Of a stretch of 57,645 bases of DNA, positions 34,359 through 43,528 are shown in pieces. The translations under genes were made by a program, and so were the position numbers. Every line of letters begins with the position of its first letter. Positions within the stretch are counted from its first letter, which is position 1. The DNA lies in IMG/VR virus record IMGVR_UViG_3300044541_000049, positions 1-57,645 of that record; one strand, given 5' to 3'. The notes under the pieces are model-generated. The model was not told where the DNA came from and did not search any database. It saw only the letters and a list, made by a program, of their open reading frames with translations. The stretch is from a virus. Lineage: Duplodnaviria > Caudoviricetes.

Positions 34359-37300
34359 CAGAGAGTCCCCACTGCCATGCGCGCGTCACGCCGCGCCAAT
34401 TCGTCCGCGATACCCGACCCTACGGCCTGCCCTGTGGCGTACGCCTGCGACTCGCTGGGCACGACCCCCGAGAACACCACCTGGATGGCTCCCGGGCCGA
34501 ACACGGCGCCGCCCGGGGCGACCGTGGCCGTACCTCCGGTGACCGGTGACAGCGGCCCGGTGATGCCCGGGTTGGCGGCGCTCGCCCCGGTGAGGTTGAT
34601 GCCCGGCATCGCGGCTGCCATGGTGATCGCCTCGGCCGCCGCGACCACTTCGGCCTCCGCGTCCGTCATGCCGATGGCGAAGCCCTCGCCGATCCAACTG
34701 CCCCACTGCTTGGTCACCTTGGACGGCGACCCGAAGTCGAACGCGTCCGAGAAGAACCCCTTGATCGGGTTGATGATGTTGTCGGTGACGACGTTCTTCA
34801 ACCCGGACGCGGCGCTCTTGAGTCCTTCGATCAGTCCGAACAGGATGTCTTCGCCCATGCTCTTCAGCCATTCCTTGGCGTTGCCGGCCGCTTCCTTGAT
34901 CTTGGTCGGAAGATCCTTGAACCATTGGACGATGTCGCCGATGGTGCCGGTCACGCTCTCCCAGAGACTCGTCATCCATCCGGTCACGGTGTTGAACGCG
35001 GCTTCGAACATTCCACCCACGGCCGCGCCCAATCGATTGACCGCGTCGCCGGTAAAGAATTCGATGATATTGTTTATCGTCGACTTTATGAATTCCCAGA
35101 TATGCGTGAATACATTCCCTATCATTCCGGTCAATGCATTCCACGCACCGGAGAAATCGCCGGAAAGGAATTTGGTTATCACATTGAAAATTCCGGAAAG
35201 GATATCCCACGCAACTTGGACAATTACGACGATAGCGTCCCAGACAATCTTGATCGCGGTCTTCGCGGAGTCCATCGCGAACGGGAGGATCACCGACAGG
35301 ATTTCTACGAAGGTTTCCATGATCGGCTGAACGATCGAAACACCCAACTCGGCCGCTGCCGCTATCCCGTTGAAGACCTTTTCCACGATCGGCAAGAGCG
35401 CGTCGAACGCGGGTTCGAGGTTGTTCGTGATGAAGTCGATCAGGATGACCAGTACCGGAACGAGTCCTTCCAGGACCATGACGCGCATGTCGATCCACGC
35501 GCCGATGATCCTGAACACGGCCGGGGCGAGTCGCTCGATCAGCTCACCCGTGAGTCGGCCCAACAACTCGATCAGCGGCGCCAGAGCGCCGGCCAACTGT
35601 TCGAGTGGTGGCATGAACTCCTGGACCTTCGGGAGCAGCATCACGAACCCGGCTACGATCGCGTCGATCCCCGGCTTCAGCCCGATGAACGCGCGCGTGA
35701 GCGCCCCGCCCAAGGTATCCGAGATGCGCTGAAGCGACGGTTGGATGGCCGCGAAGACGAGTTGCAGGGCGGCCACCGCAGGGTTCAGCGCCGTGGCGAA
35801 CATGCTCGTGATGGTGGCGATGGCGACAACCAGGGGCGACAGCGCTTGGAGGAGACCGCCTGCGATCCTGATCAACGCGACCATGGCGTTGGCCACGAAG
35901 TCGAGTGCGGGGGTCAGCTCTTCGAGCGTGGTGACCAAGGGATCGATCAATGCGACGGTCGCGTCCAGCGCGCTCGCCAGTACGCTCCCGAACGCACCGG
36001 CCACGTCGCCGACGATCGGGAGGAGACGCGGGAGTTCCTTGACGAGCGCGGCGACCGCGAGCACCAGTGAGTCCAGGATGTCCAGCGTCGCGCCGCTGAG
36101 CGAGACGGCCAGGTCCGCGAACCCCTGAATCAGGGAGTCCAGGAACGCACCGTCGAATCCGGCGCCTACGTTCGACAGGTTCGCCGTGAAGTCCTCGAAC
36201 AGGGGGCCGACCGGGGCGAGCGCGGCGAACAGGTCACCGGCCTTGTCCGCGAGAAGTCCGAATCCGGACCGTGCCGCTTCGTTCGCCTGATCGTTGATCC
36301 CGGGAAGCTTGTCGCTCACTCCTCCCAGGACGTTCGCCACACCTTGAAGGATCGGTTCGAGATTCTGAAGGGTCGTCGTCAGCCGCGTAGCCATGATCGT
36401 TGCGAACGTCGCGAACAGTTCAACGAGCGGACCCATGACGATGGACAGGCTTTCCATGACCTGTGCGAGCAATCCGAACGAGGCGATCAGGAACGCCTGC
36501 CCCGTGTCGCTGCCGAACGCCTCGTCGAGCTTCTGGGTGATGTTCTCCAGAATGCCCAGGATTCCCACCCCGGCCTGTCCCGCGTTGAACGAGAGACTGG
36601 TGAAGATCGACCCGATGTTCCCCAGGATCCGACCGAGTTGTTGGAACCCTTCGAGCGAGTTGTCGATCCACTTCTCCATGCGGCCGTCCCCGGCCGCCGT
36701 GGACACGAACACGGCGAAGCGGTCGATCAACGTTCCCAAAGAAGCGTACATGCGGTCGATGAACCCGGCGCCCACCTGGAACAGGCCACCGAACGCGGGC
36801 GCCAATCGGGAGAGTGGACCTTCGAGCCCGGCCACACCGGATGTGGTCTTGGCGAGCACCGCGTCGATTCCGGCGAACAGGTTGCTCTTGGTCGCCGCGT
36901 CCAAAAACGCCGACGCCACATTGCCCAGGACCGACGACAGCTTGGGCAGCCGCTTGGCCGCGACCTCCTCGGCCGCCTCGCCGAAGCGGCGCAAAGGGTC
37001 GGCGAGGCCATCGAAGAAGTTCTCCTGGATGACGCCCTTCAACGATTGGAACCGGGCGATCACCCCGGACAGCCCGGCCACGGCCGCCTGCGCTGCGGGT
37101 TGGAGTTTCTCCATGGCAGCGGTGAACGCTTCCATGTCGTTGCTGAACGACGCGCTGATCGCTTCCTTCACCCCGAGGAGCGCCACACCCAGGGTCTTCG
37201 TCACGGCCGCGAACGATAGGATGGCTGCGGGCGCCACGAGAGCGACCCCCGCGAGCTGTTCCATGGTGGCCACGGCCGCCGCGCCCGCTTGTACGAACGC

Positions 37301-37930
37301 GGCCATCCCGAGCGACGCGGCCACGGCCGCCTTGCTGATCGACGTGAACGCGCTCACGCCGCGCCCCGCCATGCCGACCAACCCGGCACCCAGTCCGCCG
37401 ATGGCGGACAACGCTCGATCGGATCCGTCCCGCAACAGCGACATCGCGGCATTGGCGACCAGGACACCCCGAGAGATCTCGGATCCGATCGCGTCGCCCG
37501 CGTCGTCCGCGTCGTGCTGGATGGCGAGCGACGTCCGCTCCATCTCGGCGCGCATGCTCAGCATGGCCGCGTCCATGCGGTCGCTACTCTGCTCGCCCGC
37601 GCGCTCGAACGACGCGGCGATGTCGCGGGCGGCCTGAGCGAACGACGCCTCAAGGCGGTCGGTGCTCGTGGTGGAGATTCGCTCGAACGACCGCTCGATC
37701 GACTGAGCCGCGTTGCGCATCTCGGCCTGGATGTCGGCCGACGCCTGGTTGAACGTGACCACCATCAAATCGGTGTTGTTGTCCACCGTGTGACGGAGGT
37801 TGTCCCACGTCCGATCGAAGTTCCGTTCGAGCGATGCCAACACCCGATCGGTGTCCGCCGTCAGGCTGTTCTGAAACGCGTCCGTCACAGCCTGGACCGT
37901 GATCGACGCGGAACCGATCGGGGTTGTCAC
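34358..37930 (-). CDS. Tape measure protein (1190 aa)
   Basis: Long Ala/Leu-rich amphipathic helical protein; Trp-periodic region; FGSPSKV. Confidence 0.92.
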   Translation of the reverse strand: MTTPIGSASITVQAVTDAFQNSLTADTDRVLASLERNFDRTWDNLRHTVDNNTDLMVVTFNQASADIQAEMRNAAQSIERSFERISTTSTDRLEASFAQAARDIAASFERAGEQSSDRMDAAMLSMRAEMERTSLAIQHDADDAGDAIGSEISRGVLVANAAMSLLRDGSDRALSAIGGLGAGLVGMAGRGVSAFTSISKAAVAASLGMAAFVQAGAAAVATMEQLAGVALVAPAAILSFAAVTKTLGVALLGVKEAISASFSNDMEAFTAAMEKLQPAAQAAVAGLSGVIARFQSLKGVIQENFFDGLADPLRRFGEAAEEVAAKRLPKLSSVLGNVASAFLDAATKSNLFAGIDAVLAKTTSGVAGLEGPLSRLAPAFGGLFQVGAGFIDRMYASLGTLIDRFAVFVSTAAGDGRMEKWIDNSLEGFQQLGRILGNIGSIFTSLSFNAGQAGVGILGILENITQKLDEAFGSDTGQAFLIASFGLLAQVMESLSIVMGPLVELFATFATIMATRLTTTLQNLEPILQGVANVLGGVSDKLPGINDQANEAARSGFGLLADKAGDLFAALAPVGPLFEDFTANLSNVGAGFDGAFLDSLIQGFADLAVSLSGATLDILDSLVLAVAALVKELPRLLPIVGDVAGAFGSVLASALDATVALIDPLVTTLEELTPALDFVANAMVALIRIAGGLLQALSPLVVAIATITSMFATALNPAVAALQLVFAAIQPSLQRISDTLGGALTRAFIGLKPGIDAIVAGFVMLLPKVQEFMPPLEQLAGALAPLIELLGRLTGELIERLAPAVFRIIGAWIDMRVMVLEGLVPVLVILIDFITNNLEPAFDALLPIVEKVFNGIAAAAELGVSIVQPIMETFVEILSVILPFAMDSAKTAIKIVWDAIVVIVQVAWDILSGIFNVITKFLSGDFSGAWNALTGMIGNVFTHIWEFIKSTINNIIEFFTGDAVNRLGAAVGGMFEAAFNTVTGWMTSLWESVTGTIGDIVQWFKDLPTKIKEAAGNAKEWLKSMGEDILFGLIEGLKSAASGLKNVVTDNIINPIKGFFSDAFDFGSPSKVTKQWGSWIGEGFAIGMTDAEAEVVAAAEAITMAAAMPGINLTGASAANPGITGPLSPVTGGTATVAPGGAVFGPGAIQVVFSGVVPSESQAYATGQAVGSGIADELARRDARMAVGTL

Positions 37931-37934
37931 CGGA

Positions 37935-38270
37935 CTACCTCCTGTTGCGTGCCGCGTCCAATGTCATCGCTGCCATCCGCGACGTCATGGCCGCCTCCTC
38001 GTCACCCCTCCACCACGCCGGCGCCCACTCGTCCTCGACAGGGACGCTCCGATCGTGATGCAGTTCACCGATCCACTCGTTCATGATCTGCTTCCGCATG
38101 TCCTCGCCCAACCCCGCCTCCGTGAGGATCCAGTGTTGGAACAGGTCCAACGCGTCCGCCAACCACAGTTCGAGCGGGTCTATGCCACGGGCAAGACACC
38201 ATCCGCGCCATGAGTGCCAGGTTGCCCGTTGAGCGGCGACCCGGATGATTCCGGCAACGGCTGTGTAGGG
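37935..38270 (-). CDS. Tail assembly chaperone, post-frameshift segment
   Basis: Open -1 frame from CGC CCT ACA: PYTAVAGII...GWCLARGIDPLEL...PAWWRGDEEA. Confidence 0.65.
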   Translation of the reverse strand, partial: PYTAVAGIIRVAAQRATWHSWRGWCLARGIDPLELWLADALDLFQHWILTEAGLGEDMRKQIMNEWIGELHHDRSVPVEDEWAPAWWRGDEEAAMTSRMAAMTLDAARNRR

Positions 38271-38584
38271 CGCAGCCCTTGCCGCTCCATGACGTAGTGG
38301 AGCATGTCCGCGAGTTGACTCGGGTCAACCGGGTCGTCCTCGTCCGCCACGACCCGCTCGAAGTCGGCCAGCGAGTCACGATGCAGAAGGATCCCGAACA
38401 ACTCGGAGAGCTTCGCCAACTTCTCGCCACCGGCCGACGACGACAACGACTCGTTGAGGTTCATCGCACGCTGCACCGTGGCCATCCCGATAGCCGGCTT
38501 GGCGCGCAGCGCGACACCGTTGATCCGGAACCAGATCGGCTCGCGCTTTTTGGTGAAGTCCTTCATCTCTACCGGACTGCTCAC
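38180..38584 (-). CDS. Tail assembly chaperone
   Basis: GTG with GGGGAG RBS; ends ...GLRPT...; position. Confidence 0.75.
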   Translation of the reverse strand: MSSPVEMKDFTKKREPIWFRINGVALRAKPAIGMATVQRAMNLNESLSSSAGGEKLAKLSELFGILLHRDSLADFERVVADEDDPVDPSQLADMLHYVMERQGLRPTQPLPESSGSPLNGQPGTHGADGVLPVA

Positions 38585-38597
38585 GTCCCACTCCCCA

Positions 38598-39290
38598 TCA
38601 ATCGTTCCTGCGCCGTCTCGGACCAGGGCCCACGCCACGTTCCCACCCAGTATCTCGCGCCGCCGATCTCCCACCCGACACATTGCGCTGCCATCCACCG
38701 TTGCCCTGTCGGGGCGCGGCGCGACGGCGGGGAGACGGGGTACGTGCGGGGCGCGGTCCCGCACCGGGGATCTTGGCGGCGTCACGGCCCGCGCGGATAC
38801 CGGCGGCCGGCGCGCCGTTCCTTCCGGCGAGACGACCGAGGAGACTGCGGGCACGGGCGATCAGCCCGGGGTCGGCCGCCGCTTCGAGTGCCTCGCGCAT
38901 GAACGGGTTGGGGCGGGAGCCTCGCACGGACGCGGCGAACACGAATCCGGTCGATCCGCGCGGCTTGAACCGCAACGCCTTGGCGGACACGGGCCTGATC
39001 GGTTGTCCGGTGCGGCCGAAGATTCCTGTCCCGTCATGGTGGTAGCGGGCGTACTTGAGTGGGGTTGAGATCGTGACGGCGACCTCACCACCGACCGTGG
39101 AACGCGACAGCCGAAGCGAGTTGTGAAGTCTTCCGGAGTCGTACCCGACGAGTTCCTTGGCGCGAGCGAGCACGCGTTCGCCGCGCCGAGTGATCTCACG
39201 ACCGGTCATTCCGTTGGACGAGTGCAACATGTTGTTGATCGAGTTGCGGTCGTACACGGTGTTCACCGTGGACCTAGCCACAGCAGTCAC
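38598..39290 (-). CDS. HK97 gp10-like tail completion protein with basic low-complexity tail
   Basis: AKEL...DSGRLHNSL...YARYHHDGT...PNPFMREAL. Confidence 0.75.
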   Translation of the reverse strand: MTAVARSTVNTVYDRNSINNMLHSSNGMTGREITRRGERVLARAKELVGYDSGRLHNSLRLSRSTVGGEVAVTISTPLKYARYHHDGTGIFGRTGQPIRPVSAKALRFKPRGSTGFVFAASVRGSRPNPFMREALEAAADPGLIARARSLLGRLAGRNGAPAAGIRAGRDAAKIPGAGPRPARTPSPRRRAAPRQGNGGWQRNVSGGRSAARDTGWERGVGPGPRRRRND

Positions 39291-39798
39291 CCCGCGTGAA
39301 CCCGATCGACAGATCGAGTGTCGACCCCACGCACGCGCCCTCGGGGCCGGCGGGAAGGGTCTGACCGATCGAGTACTCCGCGATCTGGAACGTGGTATGG
39401 AGGTCGCGGACGCAGCACGTCACCATGTCGCGGACGGCGACCGCGTCCGAGAGCATCTGGAACGAGTCGTCCTCCAACGCCTCACACGTGGGTGAGTTGC
39501 CGTTGGTGTCCGGGGATGCGGCGCATCGAAGGGAGGCAATGGCCAACTGGACCATCATGTACCGGGGGCCGCAGTTCGACTGCGGGTTCTCGGCATCGAT
39601 CACCGGGAACACGGACCCGGTGCCCATCACGCGCCAGGTGACCGCGAGCATGCCACAGGTGCAGTCGTCCCAGACGATCTCACCGGGGACGACGCACGAT
39701 CGACCGGGCGCCCCGGCCGCAGTCGACGACATCCCTTCGAACGCGCAGTCGCGGACGCGTTCGAGGACGGCCCACAGGGCATCGCGAGAGAAGATCAT
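39274..39798 (-). CDS. Probable tail terminator / neck protein
   Basis: WDDC.CG.L...LRC...GPEGACVG; position. Confidence 0.6.
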   Translation of the reverse strand: MIFSRDALWAVLERVRDCAFEGMSSTAAGAPGRSCVVPGEIVWDDCTCGMLAVTWRVMGTGSVFPVIDAENPQSNCGPRYMMVQLAIASLRCAASPDTNGNSPTCEALEDDSFQMLSDAVAVRDMVTCCVRDLHTTFQIAEYSIGQTLPAGPEGACVGSTLDLSIGFTRGDCCG

Positions 39799-41402
39799 GT
39801 GGGGATTCTCCCAAACGGGTTGTCCACGCTGTACACCCGGGCTTGCGCCCGCAGGCCGTCCGGGTTGTACGTCGACAGGAACAGGTCGGACATGCGCAGT
39901 CCGAGACGTCCCGCCGCGAACACCTCGTTGGGATCCAGGAACGACATGCTCACACCCTGTCGTGTGAGCTGCTGCACTGGTTGGGGAAGCTGGCACGAAG
40001 CGTCGCACGCTAGCGCGCGGGCGATCTCGAACGCCAACTCGCCGACCGCGATGCGTCCCAGGACGGGGACGTCCTCGCCGTATACGGCCGTGACCGACCA
40101 CGTACCCGGGCTCCCGTCGGGGACCGACAGGTTGTTGCAGCGGGGCCACTCGTGACCGTCCTGCCGGATCAGCTCGCGGTAGTCGTAGAGCTGATAGGCC
40201 GACGCGGGCAACGATTCACCGTCGATGATCACGGACGTGATCGAGCTGACCGGAACCGGGAGCCGCACGCGGGACACCCGCGTGCACGAGCAGCCACCGT
40301 CCGAGCAGAGCCCGCAGACCACGTTCGTCCACACGCCCTGGTAGAAGCGTGGACGCGGGTAGGTGGGCCAAGCCCACCATCCGTCGTACAGGTACGTCCC
40401 GTCCTCGCAGTCGCTGCGGCACGGGCGCATGGTCGTCGAGCACAGCGAGAAGCGTCGGCCCGAGCGGACCCACAGAAGATCGGTGGCCGCTTGCAGCGCG
40501 ACGCCGGTCACGGCCATGACCTCGGCGGACATGGGGCATGGCCACAGCACGGGCCACACGTCACACGGGCCGTCCACGAACGTGGTCACAGTGGCCGTCC
40601 CTCCTCCGATCGGGGTCACGGCGTTGACCGTGTCGTGCTCCGTGGCCAACCCTACGGTGATCGACTTGTGCACGGTCACGGCGTTGGCCGTGTCCGCCTC
40701 GTTGGCCGTGACCGTGGTCACGGACTTGGCCGCCGTGACCGCGTTAACCGTGTCCGCCTCATCGGCCGTAACCGTGGCCGCGACCTTGACCCCCGATACG
40801 GCGTTGGCCGTGTCGTGCTCCGTGGCCGTAACCGTGGTCAAGGACTTGCGCACTGCGACCGGGTTGACCGTGTCCGTCTCGTTCGCGGGGCCGGCGTTGC
40901 CGGTCACGGCCCCGGACGACGCCTCGAACACGACGTCGACGAAGTAGCCGTTGCCGTTGAACGAGTCGTCGGGGTAACCGTTCCCCAAGATGAACTTGCC
41001 GTTCTCCTCCGTGGGAGAGTCGGCCGTGGCGGTCAAGTTCCCGTTGGTGATCGCGGACGCGAACAGCGCGGCTGTTGACACGTACTCCCCCAACGGGGTG
41101 TACACGGCCGTGACGTACGGTTGACCGGCGATCACCGGGACGGACACGGCGGTCGTGTTCCACGCGCCCGGCGTGGGGCCGATGAAATCGGCACTCCCAA
41201 GCAGCGTGCCCACTGTGTTCGACGTCCACGAGTACAACCGGCCGTTGATCGTTCCGGCCGTGGGGGACGCGGGGAAGAACCACCGGATGGCCGTGATCGT
41301 CCCGTTCACGGCGGGGACGAAGCGCGTACCCAGGGTCAGTTGAACCCCGTCGTCCTCGTCGACGTTGGCCGGGGTCTGAACGGTGAAGATCGATTCGGCC
41401 AC
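39795..41402 (-). CDS. Head-to-tail adaptor fused to an N-terminal DUF4082-like domain through a repeat stalk (535 aa)
   Basis: LGTRF...GTITAIRWF...YFVDVVF; five AxExDTxNxV repeats; AATDLLW.RSGRRF...RQGVSM...NP.GL. Confidence 0.72.
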   Translation of the reverse strand: MAESIFTVQTPANVDEDDGVQLTLGTRFVPAVNGTITAIRWFFPASPTAGTINGRLYSWTSNTVGTLLGSADFIGPTPGAWNTTAVSVPVIAGQPYVTAVYTPLGEYVSTAALFASAITNGNLTATADSPTEENGKFILGNGYPDDSFNGNGYFVDVVFEASSGAVTGNAGPANETDTVNPVAVRKSLTTVTATEHDTANAVSGVKVAATVTADEADTVNAVTAAKSVTTVTANEADTANAVTVHKSITVGLATEHDTVNAVTPIGGGTATVTTFVDGPCDVWPVLWPCPMSAEVMAVTGVALQAATDLLWVRSGRRFSLCSTTMRPCRSDCEDGTYLYDGWWAWPTYPRPRFYQGVWTNVVCGLCSDGGCSCTRVSRVRLPVPVSSITSVIIDGESLPASAYQLYDYRELIRQDGHEWPRCNNLSVPDGSPGTWSVTAVYGEDVPVLGRIAVGELAFEIARALACDASCQLPQPVQQLTRQGVSMSFLDPNEVFAAGRLGLRMSDLFLSTYNPDGLRAQARVYSVDNPFGRIPT

Positions 41403-41410
41403 GTCACTCC

Positions 41411-41857
41411 CTAGTCCGTGGCCTGAGCCAACCCGGCCGTGTTGATCGCCGCGATGATGTCGGTCCCGTCCGGGGTGACGACGAAGTCGACCTTGACCAA
41501 CGGGATCAGGTCGGCGTCGGTCCCGCCCCCGGTGTCCGGGTCGTACGCCACGAGGAGTGCTCCCAGCGGGTTGCCCGTGGCGAGTGACCACGTCACGTCG
41601 TCGATGTCCACCACGTTGCGGTCGGTGGTGTTGTTGACCGTGACCGTCACGCCCGTGGCGGTCTTGCGACCCATCACGGTCTGCTCGTTGGTGGTACCCG
41701 CCAAGAGCGCCGCGACCGTCGTGTAATCCTTCAGGGTTGCGTCCGCCTCAAGCCCGGCCGCTTCGAGCGGGATGACGATCAACGCGTCCGACGCTGCGGG
41801 AAGGTCGGCGCGCGCGGCGAACCGTCCCTTGGAGATGTTGGCAATCCAGTTGGCCAC
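41411..41857 (-). CDS. Virion structural protein (148 aa)
   Basis: Acidic, beta-rich; lies within the structural operon. Confidence 0.65.
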   Translation of the reverse strand: MANWIANISKGRFAARADLPAASDALIVIPLEAAGLEADATLKDYTTVAALLAGTTNEQTVMGRKTATGVTVTVNNTTDRNVVDIDDVTWSLATGNPLGALLVAYDPDTGGGTDADLIPLVKVDFVVTPDGTDIIAAINTAGLAQATD

Positions 41858-41877
41858 GGTCCACCCTTTCGAGGTGA

Positions 41878-41905
41878 GGCCCCCTCACCACGCGGTGAGG
41901 GGGCC
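41878..41905 (-). terminator. Terminator after major tail gene
   Basis: ggccccctcacc/ggtgagggggcc. Confidence 0.7.
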
Positions 41906-41915
41906 GACGGTACGG

Positions 41916-42584
41916 CTACAGCGGGACGGCGCCGCACACCGCGAGAGGCGGCGCGACCGTGGTGACGTTGTGCAGGAAGTGCTCACCCGCGAGGAGCACA
42001 TTCGTGCCCAGACCCGTGGTCAGCGCCCCGATGGACGTGGGCCACGCGGGATACCAGGACTTCGTCTCGGACGTGAAGTTGAAGGTCATCACGCCTTGCT
42101 CGAACGTCCAGTCACCGACCATCGTGTTGCCGACGTTCCCGAACAGCCAGTACATGTACTGAGCCAGACCGCCCGCCGCACACGCGCCGGCGCCGCTGAT
42201 CGGCTGCCACACCTCAAGGCTGTACCGACCGGTAAGGGTGCCCTCGCCGTAGGCCACGCCGGTTCCGGTGGCCGGGGCGCCGGCCGTCAGGAGCCGCTCA
42301 CTCGTGACGATGGAGATCATGTCCGGATCCATCGTGCACAGCGTGATGGTGAGGTTGACCCGCTTGAGTTCGTTCGGGTCCTTGTCGTTCACGCAGAGAT
42401 CGCCGTTGGCCGTCTTCTGGATGTACTCCGTACCCTCCTCGTACTGAGGGGACACGGCCACGGAGATGAACCCGCCGAACACGGAGACGGCGCTGCCGAC
42501 TCCCGACACGGGTACACCGCACTCGTTGACCTTGATCAGACGCAGCACGCGCGCCTTGATCGGGGCTACACAGATGGCAGCCAT
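41916..42584 (-). CDS. Major tail protein
   Basis: RL..VNECG.P...GFISV...YEEGTE..QKTANG.LCV...LC..DPD. Confidence 0.8.
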   Translation of the reverse strand: MAAICVAPIKARVLRLIKVNECGVPVSGVGSAVSVFGGFISVAVSPQYEEGTEYIQKTANGDLCVNDKDPNELKRVNLTITLCTMDPDMISIVTSERLLTAGAPATGTGVAYGEGTLTGRYSLEVWQPISGAGACAAGGLAQYMYWLFGNVGNTMVGDWTFEQGVMTFNFTSETKSWYPAWPTSIGALTTGLGTNVLLAGEHFLHNVTTVAPPLAVCGAVPL

Positions 42585-42596
42585 TCACATCACTCC

Positions 42597-43493
42597 CTAT
42601 GTGGGCGGTGCCACGGGTGCGGCCACGAGACAGCACGAGTACCCCAGAAGCACAGTCCGTTCGGACAGCGCTTCCACGGTGTTGACAGAACGATCGAGAG
42701 TCTCGCGCGCGGTGAGCGTGCGCAGAGCCCCTCGGTAGAGGAACACAGGCGGCGTCGCGTAGATCCAACCGCCACCCGCAGGCGTGACGGGGGTTGGTAC
42801 GCCTGCGGGTGACGTGTTCGGGTAGCCACTGCCCGCCGACACGAGGTTGCCCGCGAGGGTCTTCAGGCGCGGCCCGTCGCGGACGATGACGTACGCCTCC
42901 ACAAACCGGGGCAAGAGTTCGGCGGGGATGTGGATCACGCCCACACCGGGGTAGCAGTCGGCCAACCCGTTCTCCACCACACCCAGCGCGGTCGCCGGAT
43001 CCATGGCCCCGGTGACCGGGACGGTCGCGGCCATCTGGAGGGTGGTCTTCGCGCCGAACCCTTCGAACACGGGGGCGTTCGCGGCCAGGTGAGGAAACGC
43101 GACGTTCGGCACGCCGCCCGCGATCCCTGTCCAGAACGTGTTCTCGATCTGCCACTGTTCCCATCGGGTGAGAACCTGCGCCGCGTCCACCTCCGAGTTC
43201 TCGATGAACCCGGGGGCGGAACAGTCGATGCGCGAGTAGATCGTGAACGGCGTGGCGCCGAACGTCTCCTCACCCGATGTGGCCACCTTGGGCGCGGCTG
43301 CACCCGAGGTGGCGGGCGTCGCGGTGAAGCACCCTTCGTACGTCGTTCCCACCGGACCGCAGAACTCGTCCCACTGAACACCCATTTGCCAACGGGGCGA
43401 ACTTGCGGTCCGGTTCTCGACAACCGACAGCAGACCGTACGGGGATTGCGTGAAGCCCGGCGGGTCCACGAAGAATCGCGGTGCTCCGACCAT
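42597..43493 (-). CDS. Major capsid pentamer-type protein
   Basis: PYGLLSV...RW..GV.W...C; follows the hexamer gene as in cluster-B-type phages. Confidence 0.7.
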   Translation of the reverse strand: MVGAPRFFVDPPGFTQSPYGLLSVVENRTASSPRWQMGVQWDEFCGPVGTTYEGCFTATPATSGAAAPKVATSGEETFGATPFTIYSRIDCSAPGFIENSEVDAAQVLTRWEQWQIENTFWTGIAGGVPNVAFPHLAANAPVFEGFGAKTTLQMAATVPVTGAMDPATALGVVENGLADCYPGVGVIHIPAELLPRFVEAYVIVRDGPRLKTLAGNLVSAGSGYPNTSPAGVPTPVTPAGGGWIYATPPVFLYRGALRTLTARETLDRSVNTVEALSERTVLLGYSCCLVAAPVAPPT

Positions 43494-43528
43494 GGCTCAC
43501 ACCTCCTGTCCGTTGGTTGGTGTCGGGA

